Origin: Anthoceros angustus
Lineage: Eukaryota > Plantae > Anthocerotophyta
Direction: 5' to 3'
Assembly: GCA_010909165.1 (NCBI GenBank)
Contig: MU008175.1
Coordinates: forward strand, 673,370-737,369
Length of the DNA stretch: 64,000 bases
The position numbers and the translations under genes were made by a program. The notes beneath the pieces were generated by a model. That model saw only the letters and a list, made by a program, of their open reading frames with translations. It searched no databases and was not told the DNA's origin. Positions 49,301 to 61,285 of the stretch are shown piece by piece (position 1 is the stretch's first letter; each line of letters opens with the position of its first letter).

Positions 49301-52300
49301 CAGTGTGGGAAGAGATCCCTTGATCACGTTTGTGCATAGCCAACGAGCTTACGTGGGTGTCCTTCTCGGAAACAATAGTCGTGTTGATTCTTTGGTAATC
49401 TATGTGCACAGCCAACGAGCTTATGCGAGCGTACTCCTCTAAAACAATAGCTTTGCTGATCCTCTGGCCATATGTATGCACATCAAATGAGTCTATGCGA
49501 GTGTTCTCCTCTAAGACAACAGCTTTGTTGCTCCAACAAAGTTAAAGATTAATGAAGTGGTCTCCCAATCGAGAACTCTTTGTGTGCTTATCTATGGCAT
49601 AGGGACACCAAAGTATATTTAACGCATTTTCCGATGAGGTGGGCACAAAAGAGTTCTTGTTCTTTTTCTACAATGTGCTAGTTTTCTCATATGAGCGCCC
49701 TCCAAAGGATTTTTGAGTTTATATTTCTATAATAAGATATTGTTCATGGATGAGACGTACACCAAAGGATTTTTGTACATATTTCTAGAATACGCTATTG
49801 TTCTCAGATTGGGGGCACACACCAAGGGATTTCTGTCTTTATTTCTGAAGTACGCTATTGTTTTGTAGACGAGGGGTGCATGAAAGGATTTCCATCCATT
49901 TTCCAACATACGCTATTGTAAGCGTACTATGAAATGGAATTTGGTGAATAACAATGCTACGGTTATTATGCTTGAGAATTTTCATAGTTCTCTTGAGGCA
50001 ACGTATTAGGAAATGGAATTTGGTGAATAACAATACTACGATTATTATGCTTGAGAATTTTCATAGTTCTCTTGAGGCAACACCTAATGTCAATACGAGA
50101 ACAAAAAATGACCTAAATGTACTGATGTTCATAGGTGATTTTATATTATCTATTAAGCATGTGACTCTTAGTACTTGATGCAGCGATTAAGCTAATGTAT
50201 AATAATATTAACATTCTTATTGTACATATTTTTATAGGCGCATGTGATAATGATGTTAAATCGAAAGCTATTGTTCTTGCACATGGTATCAATTTAACAT
50301 TAAACTTGATTAAGGTGTAGGTAGCTAATTTTATTTTAGTAAAAAATAATCTAATATTTTATGTATATACCTAAAAAATAAAAAGTTAACTAATATAATT
50401 TTAATTAAAAATGTTTGATCTGGAGTTATAAATTTGAAAGTCTTACAACTCCATGCTTAAATTTCCAACTTCACACATATTAAGATTGTCTTAAACTGCT
50501 ATTTAGTTAGTAATTTTTATATTAAAATATAACAGTTACAAGTGCCTAAGATGGCGCCAATAAAGTTTTACTGATCTATAGTTACTTGCATTTTTGTTGT
50601 AGTTGATATGATTTTAGCTTGGGTTGCATTTCTTAGCATCGGTTGCACTTCTTAGCGTGGGTTGCACTTCTAATATTCCTAGCACATATCATTGTTGCTG
50701 TGCACGATCCCACCACGTTCTCTATCGATGGCCACTACAAAATCCGAGATGGTTTGAAATTGCCACTTAAAGCGAATCCATTTATCAGATGGTCTTTTCG
50801 CCATTGATGGGTTAGATAGATTTCAAAATTTCTCAAATCCCATTCTATTTATGAAATTGCCTTTTGGTAGGATTCAGTTGTCGCATGATCCCACGCCAGA
50901 CGATCTCACATTTAGCATCCATAACCACACCAAGCTTTAGGACAATATGGATAGTATAACGCTTCTGCTTTCGATAGAGAAGAGAACAAAGTTGAAGATT
51001 TCTGTAGTAGAGAAGAGATCTCACATTTAGCATCCATGGGCACACCAAGCTTTGGGACAATATAATGTTTGTGCTTCTGGCAGAGAAGAGAACAAAGTTG
51101 AAGATTTATGAAGTGGAGAAAAGAACATGGTAGAAGATTTATGAAGTGGAGAAAAGAACATGGTAGAAGATTTATGAAGTGGAGAAAAGAACATGGTAGA
51201 AGATTTATGAAGTGGAGAAAAGAACATGGTAGAAGATTTATGAAGTGGAGCCTTGTTCTCTTCTCCACTTCATAGATTTTCAACCTTGAAGTGGAGAAGA
51301 GAACAAGGTTGAAGATTTATGAAGTGGAGAAGAGAACAAGGTTGAAAATCTATGAAGTGGTCTCGCGCTCAAAAACTCTGAAAAGACAGTACGGATGCAC
51401 CCATCTATGCAATTTGATAGGACACTTGAAACATTCTTTTGAAAAATAATCATTTTAACAAATCTGACGGTATGCTTGGGAAATTTGATAATTCTCTTCA
51501 AATGACTCCTAATGTCAATAGGAAAACAAAAGAATTACCTAAATATAGTGATGTTTCATTCTAATCTCCGTGATCAAGCCTTGAGTCATATGTATAGTAA
51601 GTGATATGTTACCTATAGAACTCTATATAGTTTTTGTTTTGCACAATGTTGAAGTTCCTTTACTTGTATATGTAGGAAAGTGCAAAATGCAGATGTTCAT
51701 GGAAAATAAAATATCTTGGTACCTTGCACAAGCAATCATTCATCCAGGCTACTAATGATGTTGGTGTCACATGGTTTGCTAATGTATAATTACTAACATT
51801 CTTGTTATACATATTTTTATAGGGCATATCATATCTTGGTACTTTGTACATGCAATCATTGATCCATGCTACTCATGAGGTTGGAGTCATTGATGGTTTA
51901 CTAATGTATAATTATTAACATTCTTATTATATATATTATTACTATTATTATATATTTTCATAGGGACATATCATAATGAGACTGAAGTCACGCATCCACA
52001 AGTTCAATTAAAAGCTATTATTATTTCAATTGAAAGCTATTATTATTGTGATATCAAGTAAACTTGAGTCAGATAGAAGTAGTTAATTTTTTTCAGTAAA
52101 AATAAATTATATTTCTTAAAATATAAAAGTTACAAGTGCCTAAGATGGCGCCAATAAAGTTTTACTGATCTATAGTTACTTGCATTTTTGTTGTAGTTGA
52201 TATGATTTTAGCTTGGGTTGCATTTCTTAGCATCGGTTGCACTTCTTAGCGTGGGTTGCACTTCTAATATTCCTAGCACATATCATTGTTGCTGTGCACG

Positions 52301-53722
52301 ATCCCACCACGTTCTCTATCGATGGCCACTACAAAATCCGAGATGGTTTGAAATTGCCACTTAAAGCGAATCCATTTATCAGATGGTCTTTTCGCCATTG
52401 ATGGGTTAGATAGATTTCAAAATTTCTCAAATCCCATTCTATTTATGAAATTGCCTTTTGGTAGGATTCAGTTGTCGCATGATCCCACGCGTATCGATCT
52501 CACATTTAGCATCCATAACCACACCAAGCTTTAGGACAATATGGATAGTATAACGCTTCTGCTTTCGATAGAGAAGAGAACAAAGTTGAAGATTTCTGTA
52601 GTAGAGAAGAGATCTCACATTTAGCATCCATGGGCACACCAAGCTTTGGGACAATATAATGTTTGTGCAGAAGAGAACAAAGTTGAAGATTTATGAAGTG
52701 GAGAAAAGAACATGGTAGAAGATTTATGAAGTGGAGAAAAGAACATGGTAGAAGATTTATGAAGTGGAGAAAAGAACATGGTAGAAGATTTATGAAGTGG
52801 AGAAAAGAACATGGTAGAAGATTTATGAGTGGAGCCTTGTTCTCTTCTCCACTTCATAGATTTCAACCAAGTGGAGAAGAGAACAAGGTTGAAGATTTAT
52901 GAAGTGGAGAAGAGAACAAGGTTGAAAATCTATGAAGTGGTCTCGCGCTCAAAAACTCTGAAAAGACAGTACGGATGCACCCATCTATGCAATTTCAGAT
53001 AGGGACACTTGAAACATTCTTTTGAAAAATAATCATTTTAACAAATCCCTGTTGACGGTATGCTTGGGAAATTTGATAATTCTCTTCAAATGACTCCTAA
53101 TGTCAATAGGAAAACAAAAGAATTACCTAAATATAGTGATGTTTCATTCTAATCTCCGCATCAAGCCTTCTGAGTCATATGTATAGTAAGTGATATGTTA
53201 CCTATAGAACTCTATATAGTTTTTTTGTTTTGCACAATGTTGAAGTTCCTTTACTTGTATATGTAGGGAAAGTGCAAAATGCAGATGTTCATGGAAAATA
53301 AAAATATCTTGGTACCTTGCACAAGCAATCATTCATCCAGGCTACTAATGATGTTGGTGTCACATGGTTTGCTAATGTATAATTACTAACATTCTTGTTA
53401 TACATATTTTTATAGGGGCATATCATATCTTGGTACTTTGTACATGCAATCATTGATCCATGCTACTCATGAGGTTGGAGTCATTGATGGTTTACTAATG
53501 TATAATTATTAACATTCTTATTATATATATTATTACTATTATTATATATTTTCATAGGGACATATCATAATGAGACTGAAGTCACGCATCCACAAGTTCA
53601 ATTAAAAGCTATTATTATTTCAATTGAAAGCTATTATTATTGTGATATCAAGTAAACTTGAGTCAGATAGAAGTAGTTAATTTTTTCAGTAAAAAATAAA
53701 TTATATTTCTTAAATATAAAAA
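46330..53722. repeat. AT-rich array of four related, diverged units with nested minisatellites
   Basis: The block atgcttg..aattt.ata.tt.tctt...cctaatgtcaata recurs at about 46348, 50047, 51472 and 53060; gttacaagt.cc.aagatg recurs at about 47104, 50535 and 52129. Internal tandem repeats: ~58 bp (47600-47980), ~33-41 bp aaggttgaagattta (48060-48480), 72 bp (49250-49530), ~58 bp (49620-49920). Confidence 0.8.
50534..53722. repeat. Near-identical 1.6-kb tandem duplication (50534-52127 and 52128-53722) containing a 33-bp minisatellite
   Basis: Period 1594 bp. The two copies differ mainly by small indels. The junction carries ttaaaatataa microhomology. Confidence 0.92.
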
Positions 53723-53897
53723 GGCATCTAATGCATTGTATTATATATGATAAACAACAGCTCTCTTGTTTTCTTATTTGTTAACCAATGAGGTGGAGCG
53801 GGCACCCAAATGCACTCCCTTGATGCTGTTACCAGCCGGTGGCAGTCCAGACCGGGGACGGTTTGGGAACAAGCTGTGTACCGATTCGATGGTTGCT

Positions 53898-55880
53898 TTA
53901 CTCCAAGCAAATCCTTTCGTCTCCAACCAGAAAGCGGTGCACCTGTCCGTCCATGTCTGTCCACCAGCTCTGGCCCGGTTGCTTCCGCGCGCTAACTCTC
54001 ATTCTCCTGTCGTGCACCTCCTGTGCCTGCTCCCACATGTGGGCACCGGTATATATGTTAAACATCAAAACATACGCTGCGGCATCTTTACTGTCTAACA
54101 TCACTGCCTCTTCAAAAGAAAGGCGTCCCAAAACCACGTTGCTCCACTTTCGACACGCACCCAATAGAGTGCGCCAAACTGCAGCAGTGGGAGGTACAGG
54201 CATTGTCTTTGTTAAAGCTAGTGCGGCATGCAGTTTTCCTGCACGACCTAGGAGATCCACCATGCATGTGTAGTGGTCCGCTGTGGGAGCGATTCCATAG
54301 CATGTGGTCATGGCCTCAAAGTACTCTCGCCCCTTGTTCACTAAACCCGTGTGACTGCATACCGTTAGCACACTGAGGAACGTAACGCCGTCTGGCTGTA
54401 TGCCGTCCTCTCTCATTCTGTCAACCAGGTCAAAGACCTCTTCACTGTCTCCTTCTCGGCTGTATCCTGCTATCAGTGCACTCCAGGTGAGAACATCTCT
54501 TTGGGGCAATGCATCAAACACCTGCCGTGCATCAACCATGCTGCCACACTTTCCGTATGTGTTTATCAAGCTGCTGGCTACGAGCACATCAGCTTGAAGC
54601 CCTTGTTCTTTGATCTGAGCATGAAGCTGCCTTCCCACATCCAAAGCTGCCACACTTGCACATGCCTGAAGGATGCACACAAATGTCAAGGAATTGGGTG
54701 CCACAATGCCTTCTTCTTGCATAGCCCTATAAAGACCCAAGGCTTCCTGCCCCATTCCATTCTGCGAATACCCTGCTATCATGGCATTCCACGTCCCCAC
54801 ATCTTTCCGAGGCAGTCCCTCAAACACGCCCTGAGCATCCTCTAGGCTGCCACACCTTGCATACATGTTCACCAAACTGTTGGCCACAAACACATCTGCT
54901 TCAAATCCTCGTTCCCTGATTCGTGCATGAAGCTGCCTCCCTTCCTCCAAAGCCGGGTTGCCCACACTCGCACATGCCTGCAGGAGTGACAAAAACGTGA
55001 CAGAATCAAGTGCAACCTTGCCTTCGTCTTGCAACGCCCTGTAGACACGGAGGGCGTCCTGCCCCATGCCCTGCTGGGAATATCCTGCTATCATCGCACT
55101 CCACGTAACCACATCCTTCTGACCAATCCCGTCAAACACCCTCTGAGCGTCTTCCAAGCTGCCACACTTTGCATACATGTCCACCAGAGAGCTACTCACA
55201 AACAAATCTGGCTCAACGCCACTAGCCAATATATCAGCATGCACCTGCTGCCCAGATTCCAGGTCCGCTCCCCTTGCGCAAGCTTGAAGCGCTGCTACAA
55301 ACACATGCCCATCTGGCTTCACACTTGACCTGCACATTGTATGATACAAGCGCACGGCCTCCTTTTCTTGTCCATGCTTAACATACGCAGAAATGATAGA
55401 AGACCACATGAAGGCATCTGGCTGTGGCACCGCGGAAAACACATCCGCAGCCTCTTGCAACCTGCCATGAGCAGCATACATCCGCACGATGTGATTGCAC
55501 AGCAACGTGTCCAACTCATAACCCTTCTTCACCGTAAAAGCATGGAGTCGCCGACCAACAACAAGGTCCTTCGTCACAGCACATTTCTTCAGGACAGCAT
55601 AAACTAGGTATTTGGAAATAGAACACCCTGTCTGCACTAGAAGTCCTAAAGCCTCAACAGCCTCATTGATCTGCCCCTGCTCACACAGACTCCTCACAGT
55701 CTCAGCCGTCACCCCCCCACCGTATCCTGCACGCCTGCCAAGGCTCCAATAATCTGCCAAGCGACTGCCCCTTTCCGTACCCACAGCAGCCATCAGCGCT
55801 TCGGATGCTCCAGTCTTCAGCCATGCTTCTACCCGAACTCCCCAGACAGAGCTTTTTGGAAACGCCGGGTTTGGGACCAT
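53898..55880 (-). CDS. PLS-class PPR RNA-editing factor (E1-E2 plus WW-type box, no DYW)
   Basis: PLS triplets and HYTCMVDLLGRAG, ending KQPGQSWWTDMDGQVHRFLVGDERICLE*. Confidence 0.93.
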   Translation of the reverse strand: MVPNPAFPKSSVWGVRVEAWLKTGASEALMAAVGTERGSRLADYWSLGRRAGYGGGVTAETVRSLCEQGQINEAVEALGLLVQTGCSISKYLVYAVLKKCAVTKDLVVGRRLHAFTVKKGYELDTLLCNHIVRMYAAHGRLQEAADVFSAVPQPDAFMWSSIISAYVKHGQEKEAVRLYHTMCRSSVKPDGHVFVAALQACARGADLESGQQVHADILASGVEPDLFVSSSLVDMYAKCGSLEDAQRVFDGIGQKDVVTWSAMIAGYSQQGMGQDALRVYRALQDEGKVALDSVTFLSLLQACASVGNPALEEGRQLHARIRERGFEADVFVANSLVNMYARCGSLEDAQGVFEGLPRKDVGTWNAMIAGYSQNGMGQEALGLYRAMQEEGIVAPNSLTFVCILQACASVAALDVGRQLHAQIKEQGLQADVLVASSLINTYGKCGSMVDARQVFDALPQRDVLTWSALIAGYSREGDSEEVFDLVDRMREDGIQPDGVTFLSVLTVCSHTGLVNKGREYFEAMTTCYGIAPTADHYTCMVDLLGRAGKLHAALALTKTMPVPPTAAVWRTLLGACRKWSNVVLGRLSFEEAVMLDSKDAAAYVLMFNIYTGAHMWEQAQEVHDRRMRVSARKQPGQSWWTDMDGQVHRFLVGDERICLE

Positions 55881-56590
55881 GCTGCATGCAAAGGCAGATC
55901 AAACTCCAGTCGTGGGCACATGATCTAGGAACCAGAATACTTCACCGACGCTCCCCCTCTTGGAGCAATGAGACACGTCTCTCTATCCCAAATTCATTCA
56001 CCAGCTTGCGCTCCAAGAGGACCCGCTCTCCTTCCTCAACAGGTATCAACAATCAGCACTCCCCGACCCATTTCATTCTGATATTGGGTCACGGAGAGAG
56101 CAAAACCCAGCAGAAATGAGAAATATGTTTGTCCGTACTAGAAAGAAGACAACCCTTGTATGCGTTTCGCGCTCTTCAAAAATTTGAAGACGCCCAGCCC
56201 ACATCATGTTCTGATTCAGCTACTCCACCGCCTTCCAGTGCATTGCAACGAAAAGCGGTGTGCGTGGAATGGTCCTAGAATCGCATTGGTGACCGCAGTC
56301 GGGTCTTCCAGGCTTTTCTCTATCATACTTGGTAGACGAGGCTGCTGGGCTTCTTGTGTTCTGGACAGCAAAGCGCCGAGCGGACCGGTTTCTGTTTGTC
56401 CTGTGGTGTGCTGGGTAGGAGTGATTTCATCGTACCATTCCGCCGACTTCGACCTGAGGTCGGTTCCCATTGGATTGCTGGCATTGCGTCAGCCTGTGGC
56501 GTAACGCACGGCTCTTGGTTCCAGGCGTTTTTGCAGGCAAAATGGCAGGAGCAACGCTCAAGAAGTGCTAGTCTGCTAAAGGAACCGATA

Positions 56591-59500
56591 ATGGAGAAGA
56601 GGAAGAGCGACGAGGCCGCCCAAGCTGGTGGCTCGCAAACGAAAAGGCGGCTGTTGCGTTTGTCTCCGAATGACACCAATGCGGAAGTGCCACAGGCTGA
56701 CAAGCAGTCGGAGCAGGAAGACGATGACTTTGCGCCGCCCATTCCACGCGCGCGGAGCAAGTGCACTTCTCCGGCAATGCCAGTTTGTGACAATGGGAGT
56801 AAGGTGGGCAGCGGGGTTCCCCTGATTGTGCTCTCGGACAGCTCTGGAGACCAGGATTCGCCGGCCAAGGGAACTGCTGTCACTCCCGGGAGTGTTCCTA
56901 ACGAACGAGAACCAGGTTCGGAGCCCAAAGTGCGAGCTCGCCCGAAAAGGATGGCACATAAGGGCAGTCCTCGAGCCTCGTGCAGGGACGAAGGCTCTGG
57001 TCCGAGGTCTGCGGAAGAAGTAGGAAAGCGGCATCCAGCACCCACTCCTCCTTTACCTTGCAGTAACGGCAGCTCGGACTTTGAGGATGATGTTGAGACA
57101 CCCCAGCGGGTTGTGTTGAGGTCTTCTGTGAAGCCTTCTCCCGGGAAGAAGGAGCTTCCTCTTCCTGGGAGCTTTGTTGGGGGGCCATTCTCGGAAGAGG
57201 TGGCTCTTGCAAGGTGGCCTCTCCGCTATGCTACCAAGGTGCTGAGACTATTTGCTGTGCTAGTTTTGCTTGGCGCGTGGGAGGCTGTGCTGAATGTAGG
57301 TCTTTTTCTTGTGATTTAGGACGTGAAGCGAGGTCCTTCAAGGTGGGTGGGCGGGCTCCTGGCGGCTTCTGTTTATTGCCTGGCTGCCGCAGTATGTTAA
57401 AGGCCTCTCTCTGTGCTTGGTGATCCAGAATCCATGCACATTATGGCAAGGCTCAAGTGAACAATGTGGTCTACGAGCTGGATGACATCGTGCAGTTGAA
57501 GGTCTGGCTGATTCCTTCATACCCATCCTACATGCTTGAAGAGATGCATATGCTTATATTTTCGGCAAGATGAAGACTGAACGAGGTCCGATGTTTCTCA
57601 AGAGAGGACGCAACGACACAGCTTTCGATCAACCGCAATGCTGTGTAGGCAGGATAACTGAGTTTTTCAAAAACGATGATGGGCAGCGAATGGTTTGTGT
57701 GCGAAGGTTCTTTGAAGCCCACGACACGGTTCGTGTTTCTGAATCCACACCCGGTATGCCACATCGGGCAGCCTTCACCATCAGCTGACAAGTATTTTGT
57801 CTGTCACGTCCGTGGGGGCTGACTGCAGGTTTGTTTCTGAGGCAGGCAATCAAGGATGCAGCCAAAATACTGAAGGAGCTTAAGAGGGTGTTCTACTCGG
57901 AGGTCCAGGAAGATTGGCCGCTAGGTTGCATTTTGAAGAAGACCTCGGTCCTGCAAGTTCCAACTGCGGTAAATTTGATAGCTACTCTCGTTTGTCTCCA
58001 AATCTTGTTTCAGCCTGAACCTCATGATCGTTTTCCTTTTGGCAGAAAACATCTGGACAACTGGGCGGGCTGAGTCCCGAGTACTATTTCGATATGAGCT
58101 ATGATCCCAAGTTTTCCTCTTTCTGTTGTTTACCAGCAGGTACACCAGTTCCCCACCTGCATGTCGAGTATTTAATGTACAACACAAGAACTGGTAATAA
58201 GATTCATGCATAGACTAACGTTATCTAAGAACTCAAGGAAGTAGCGCCGAATCCAAGGAGAACAGCACGGGCAGTAAGCGTTGTGAGTACAATTTGGGTA
58301 GCAAGGGAGTCGAGGGGCCAGCACTTCACCTTCTGGACCTTTACTGTGGATGTGGAGCTATGTCAACTGGCCTCTGCTCTGGTTCTCAGTTCGCAGGAGT
58401 CAATCTTGTCACGGTTAGGTTCTCCAACTTATTTATGGAATTTGGATGGCAGCATCCGCAGCTGTGTCCTCAAAACTAATTCCCCTGTGTGCTGTGTGGA
58501 CAGAGTTGGGCTGTTGATCAGAATCGGGCTGCCTCCGACAGTCTGCAGCATAATCACCGCGAGACGACTGTAAGAGCTTACAAATTTGTCAGCGGGGCTG
58601 AATTCATCAAGCATGTATGCCCACTCTTTGAGGTTTAAATCTTTTAATCTGTATCGTCCTTTCAGGTGTTCAATGTGGGAGCAGAAGAGTTCTTCGAGTT
58701 GATTCGCACTTGGCAGGATCTTTTCTACAAGTATCCCCTGTCTTTAGTAGCAAAGGGATCTCGAGGTGATGACGATGGGGAATCAGCTGATGAAGAGACA
58801 TTCGAAATAGAGAAACTTCTGGCTGTAAGGATGGGAGAAGCTGGTGTTGAATTCAAAGTAGGCGCACTTCACCTTCAAATTGATGTTGCATTGTCCTCTT
58901 GTGGACACTGACTCTCTTGACGTCTCTAACTGTAACGCTTGGTAACAATATAGATACGCTGGAAAGGATACAGTGAGGATCACGATACATGGCAGCCGGC
59001 TGCAAGTTTTGAGTACGCTCTCTAGTGCCCCAGTTGTTGTTATGGATGCTGTTCACTTATCCTCAACTTGGAGTTCATCCGAAAGGGCGAAAAGTGCACG
59101 ATTGACCACAGCTGGTCGTGTAATGCATCAGTGACCGTCGGATAGCTGAGTTCATTTGGAAAGCACGAAAGGAGAAGCTTCTTCCACTGCCAGTAAGTTT
59201 TTGTTTATGGTGCTGATTTGCACTGCCTAACATCTATGGACTGTCTGTGTGGGTATTACATATCTGTAGCCTTGCCTGCACAGGGAGAAGTAGATGTTGT
59301 CTGTGGAGGACCACCTTGCCAGGGAATCAGTGGCTTCAACAGGTTCCGAAACCACAACAATCCACTGCAAGACGAGAAGAACAAGCAGCTGAAAATCTTC
59401 ATGGACATTGTGGAGTTCTTGAAGCCGAGATTTGTGTTGATGGAAAATGTTGTTGATCTCCTCAAGTTCTGCGGAGGATATCTGGGACGGTATTCCTTGA

Positions 59501-61285
59501 GCCGCCTGGTTGCCATGCGATATCAGGTTCGTGCGGAAGTGAGTTGTGCCTGTCTTACGGAGCTTCTGGCTTTTATATGTCAGCACATGCCCAGCTCACA
59601 CATATTGCAAGGTTGTGCAGGCGGCCATAGGCATCATGACTGCGGGCTGCTACGGCCTTCCTCAGTTCCGGATGCGTGCTTTTCTGTGGGGGGCTTCTTC
59701 ATCAGAGGTGCTCAGAATCATTCTAAGCGTCATTTCATAAGGAAAATGCTGGGCACCTGCTGATCACCTTCACGCGTTCTCAGCCTGACATGCCGAACCT
59801 GTTCTGTGCTCAGCAGATATTACCTTCCTTCCCTTTGCCCACACACAATGTGGTGAATGCAAGGGGGCATGCTCCCAAAGATTGGGAGGTAAGTTGATGC
59901 TCTGCTTTGTGGTCTTGTGCTGGGGTGGTCCAGCCCCGTCCACCTTTCTTCTGACTGGTACCTTTTGTGCAGAATAACGTTGTAGCACATGGCAAAGATT
60001 GCAAGCCAATGCTGGCAAAAGCCCTCGTGCTCCAAGATGCCATCTCCGATCTCCCTCCAGTAAGTTAGGAGGTGGGCTTCATCTCCGGTGAGTCCGGTTC
60101 ATGTCACATGCATGTTCTGACAGGTCTTGCCGCTGAAAGGTTCACAACTCTGAAAAACGGGACTTCATGAACTCAAAGAGTCCGCCTCTTCATGACTTCC
60201 AGCGATTCCTGCGCCTCGGAGCAGACGGTAATTTGCACCTCAATCTGAGTGTTGCTTTTAGTAGTGGTGGTGGCAGGCTGATGAGTTTAGTACTAACACC
60301 ATGGACGCTGCTCATTTGAAGGTCGAGTTACTCGGAAGGTCTACGACCATAAACCTCTGCAGCTGACTCAGGACGACATTGATCGTGTCCGCTTAATCCC
60401 GAAGGAGAAGGTGCTTCCACTTCACATGTCTCAGATGCCTGCAAAATTTCACTCTGATGTGGCCCTTCTTCATGTTCCCATTGTGGACAGGGTGCCAACT
60501 TTCGGAATCTGGAAGGTGTCATTGTGTCGCCGAATAACACGGCTCGTCTCAAGGAACGCACACAACGAGCTTTGCTCAGCTCGGGCAAACCCTTGGTGAG
60601 TCTTAACAGGCCACTTGGGTGTTAATTTGTTCATGAAATGTATTTCTGACGTCCCTCCTTGTGACACAGGTTCCAGATTATGCTGTATCTTACAAGAATG
60701 GGAAGTCATTCAAGTACGGTCACAAAGAGGGCATGTGTTGCTGAAGTTGCTTGATTGTTCCTCTGGTTAATGCTTCCGAGCTGTGCAGGCCTTTCGGTCG
60801 CCTTTGGTGGGACGAAATTGTCACAACGGTTGTTACGCGAGCTGAACCACACAATCAGGTCAGATTCTCATGGGCTTTGACATGGAGCCATTTCGCCTAG
60901 AAGACTGCATTTAACACTCCCGTGCCTCAACGTCGTGCAGGTCGTAATCCATCCCACGCAAGACAGAGTGCTTACTGTTCGGGAAAATGCAAGGCTACAG
61001 GGCTTCGCCGACCACTACAGGCTCCTCGGAGACACTAAGGAGAGGTGAGTTCTGTGGTTTGTGAGGCATGCATTTTCTACAGCTTTCCTTGCAACAATCT
61101 TACTAACTAGGCAGTAACTGATTCTCAGGTACAAGCAGGTGGGGAACGCGGTTGCAGTCCCTGTGGCTAGGGCGCTGGGTTATTGCCTCGGTCTTGCAAT
61201 CCAAAATTCACCCAGGCAGGCCACCATCGAGATCCCAAGACGCCTTTACACTGTGGAAGAAAGTACAGTCACTCGCCCGGCTTGA
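56591..61285 (+). CDS. CMT: Chromomethylase (CMT-family DNA cytosine-5 methyltransferase), about 22 exons
   Basis: RWPLRY, BAH (HYGKAQV...GRITEFF), motif [15 protein letters not shown], chromodomain FEIEKLL...[41 protein letters not shown]...[17 protein letters not shown] and YKQVGNAV. Stop at 61283-61285. Confidence 0.95.

Noticed and set aside
51080-51360. FINLQLCSLL/LHFINLLPCSF repeats as an NLR leucine-rich repeat
   Set aside because: The 11-aa period comes from a 33-bp minisatellite, related units elsewhere are 41 bp and break frame, and no NB-ARC domain is nearby.
47600-52930. Regularly spaced 33-58-bp repeats as CRISPR arrays
   Set aside because: They are head-to-tail tandem units without unique spacers, there are no cas genes, and the context is eukaryotic.
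53728-53897. Remnant DYW domain after the PPR-3 stop
   Set aside because: Only a vague VPGLDC string is present. No HxE or CxxC zinc motifs appear in the minus-strand frames checked.
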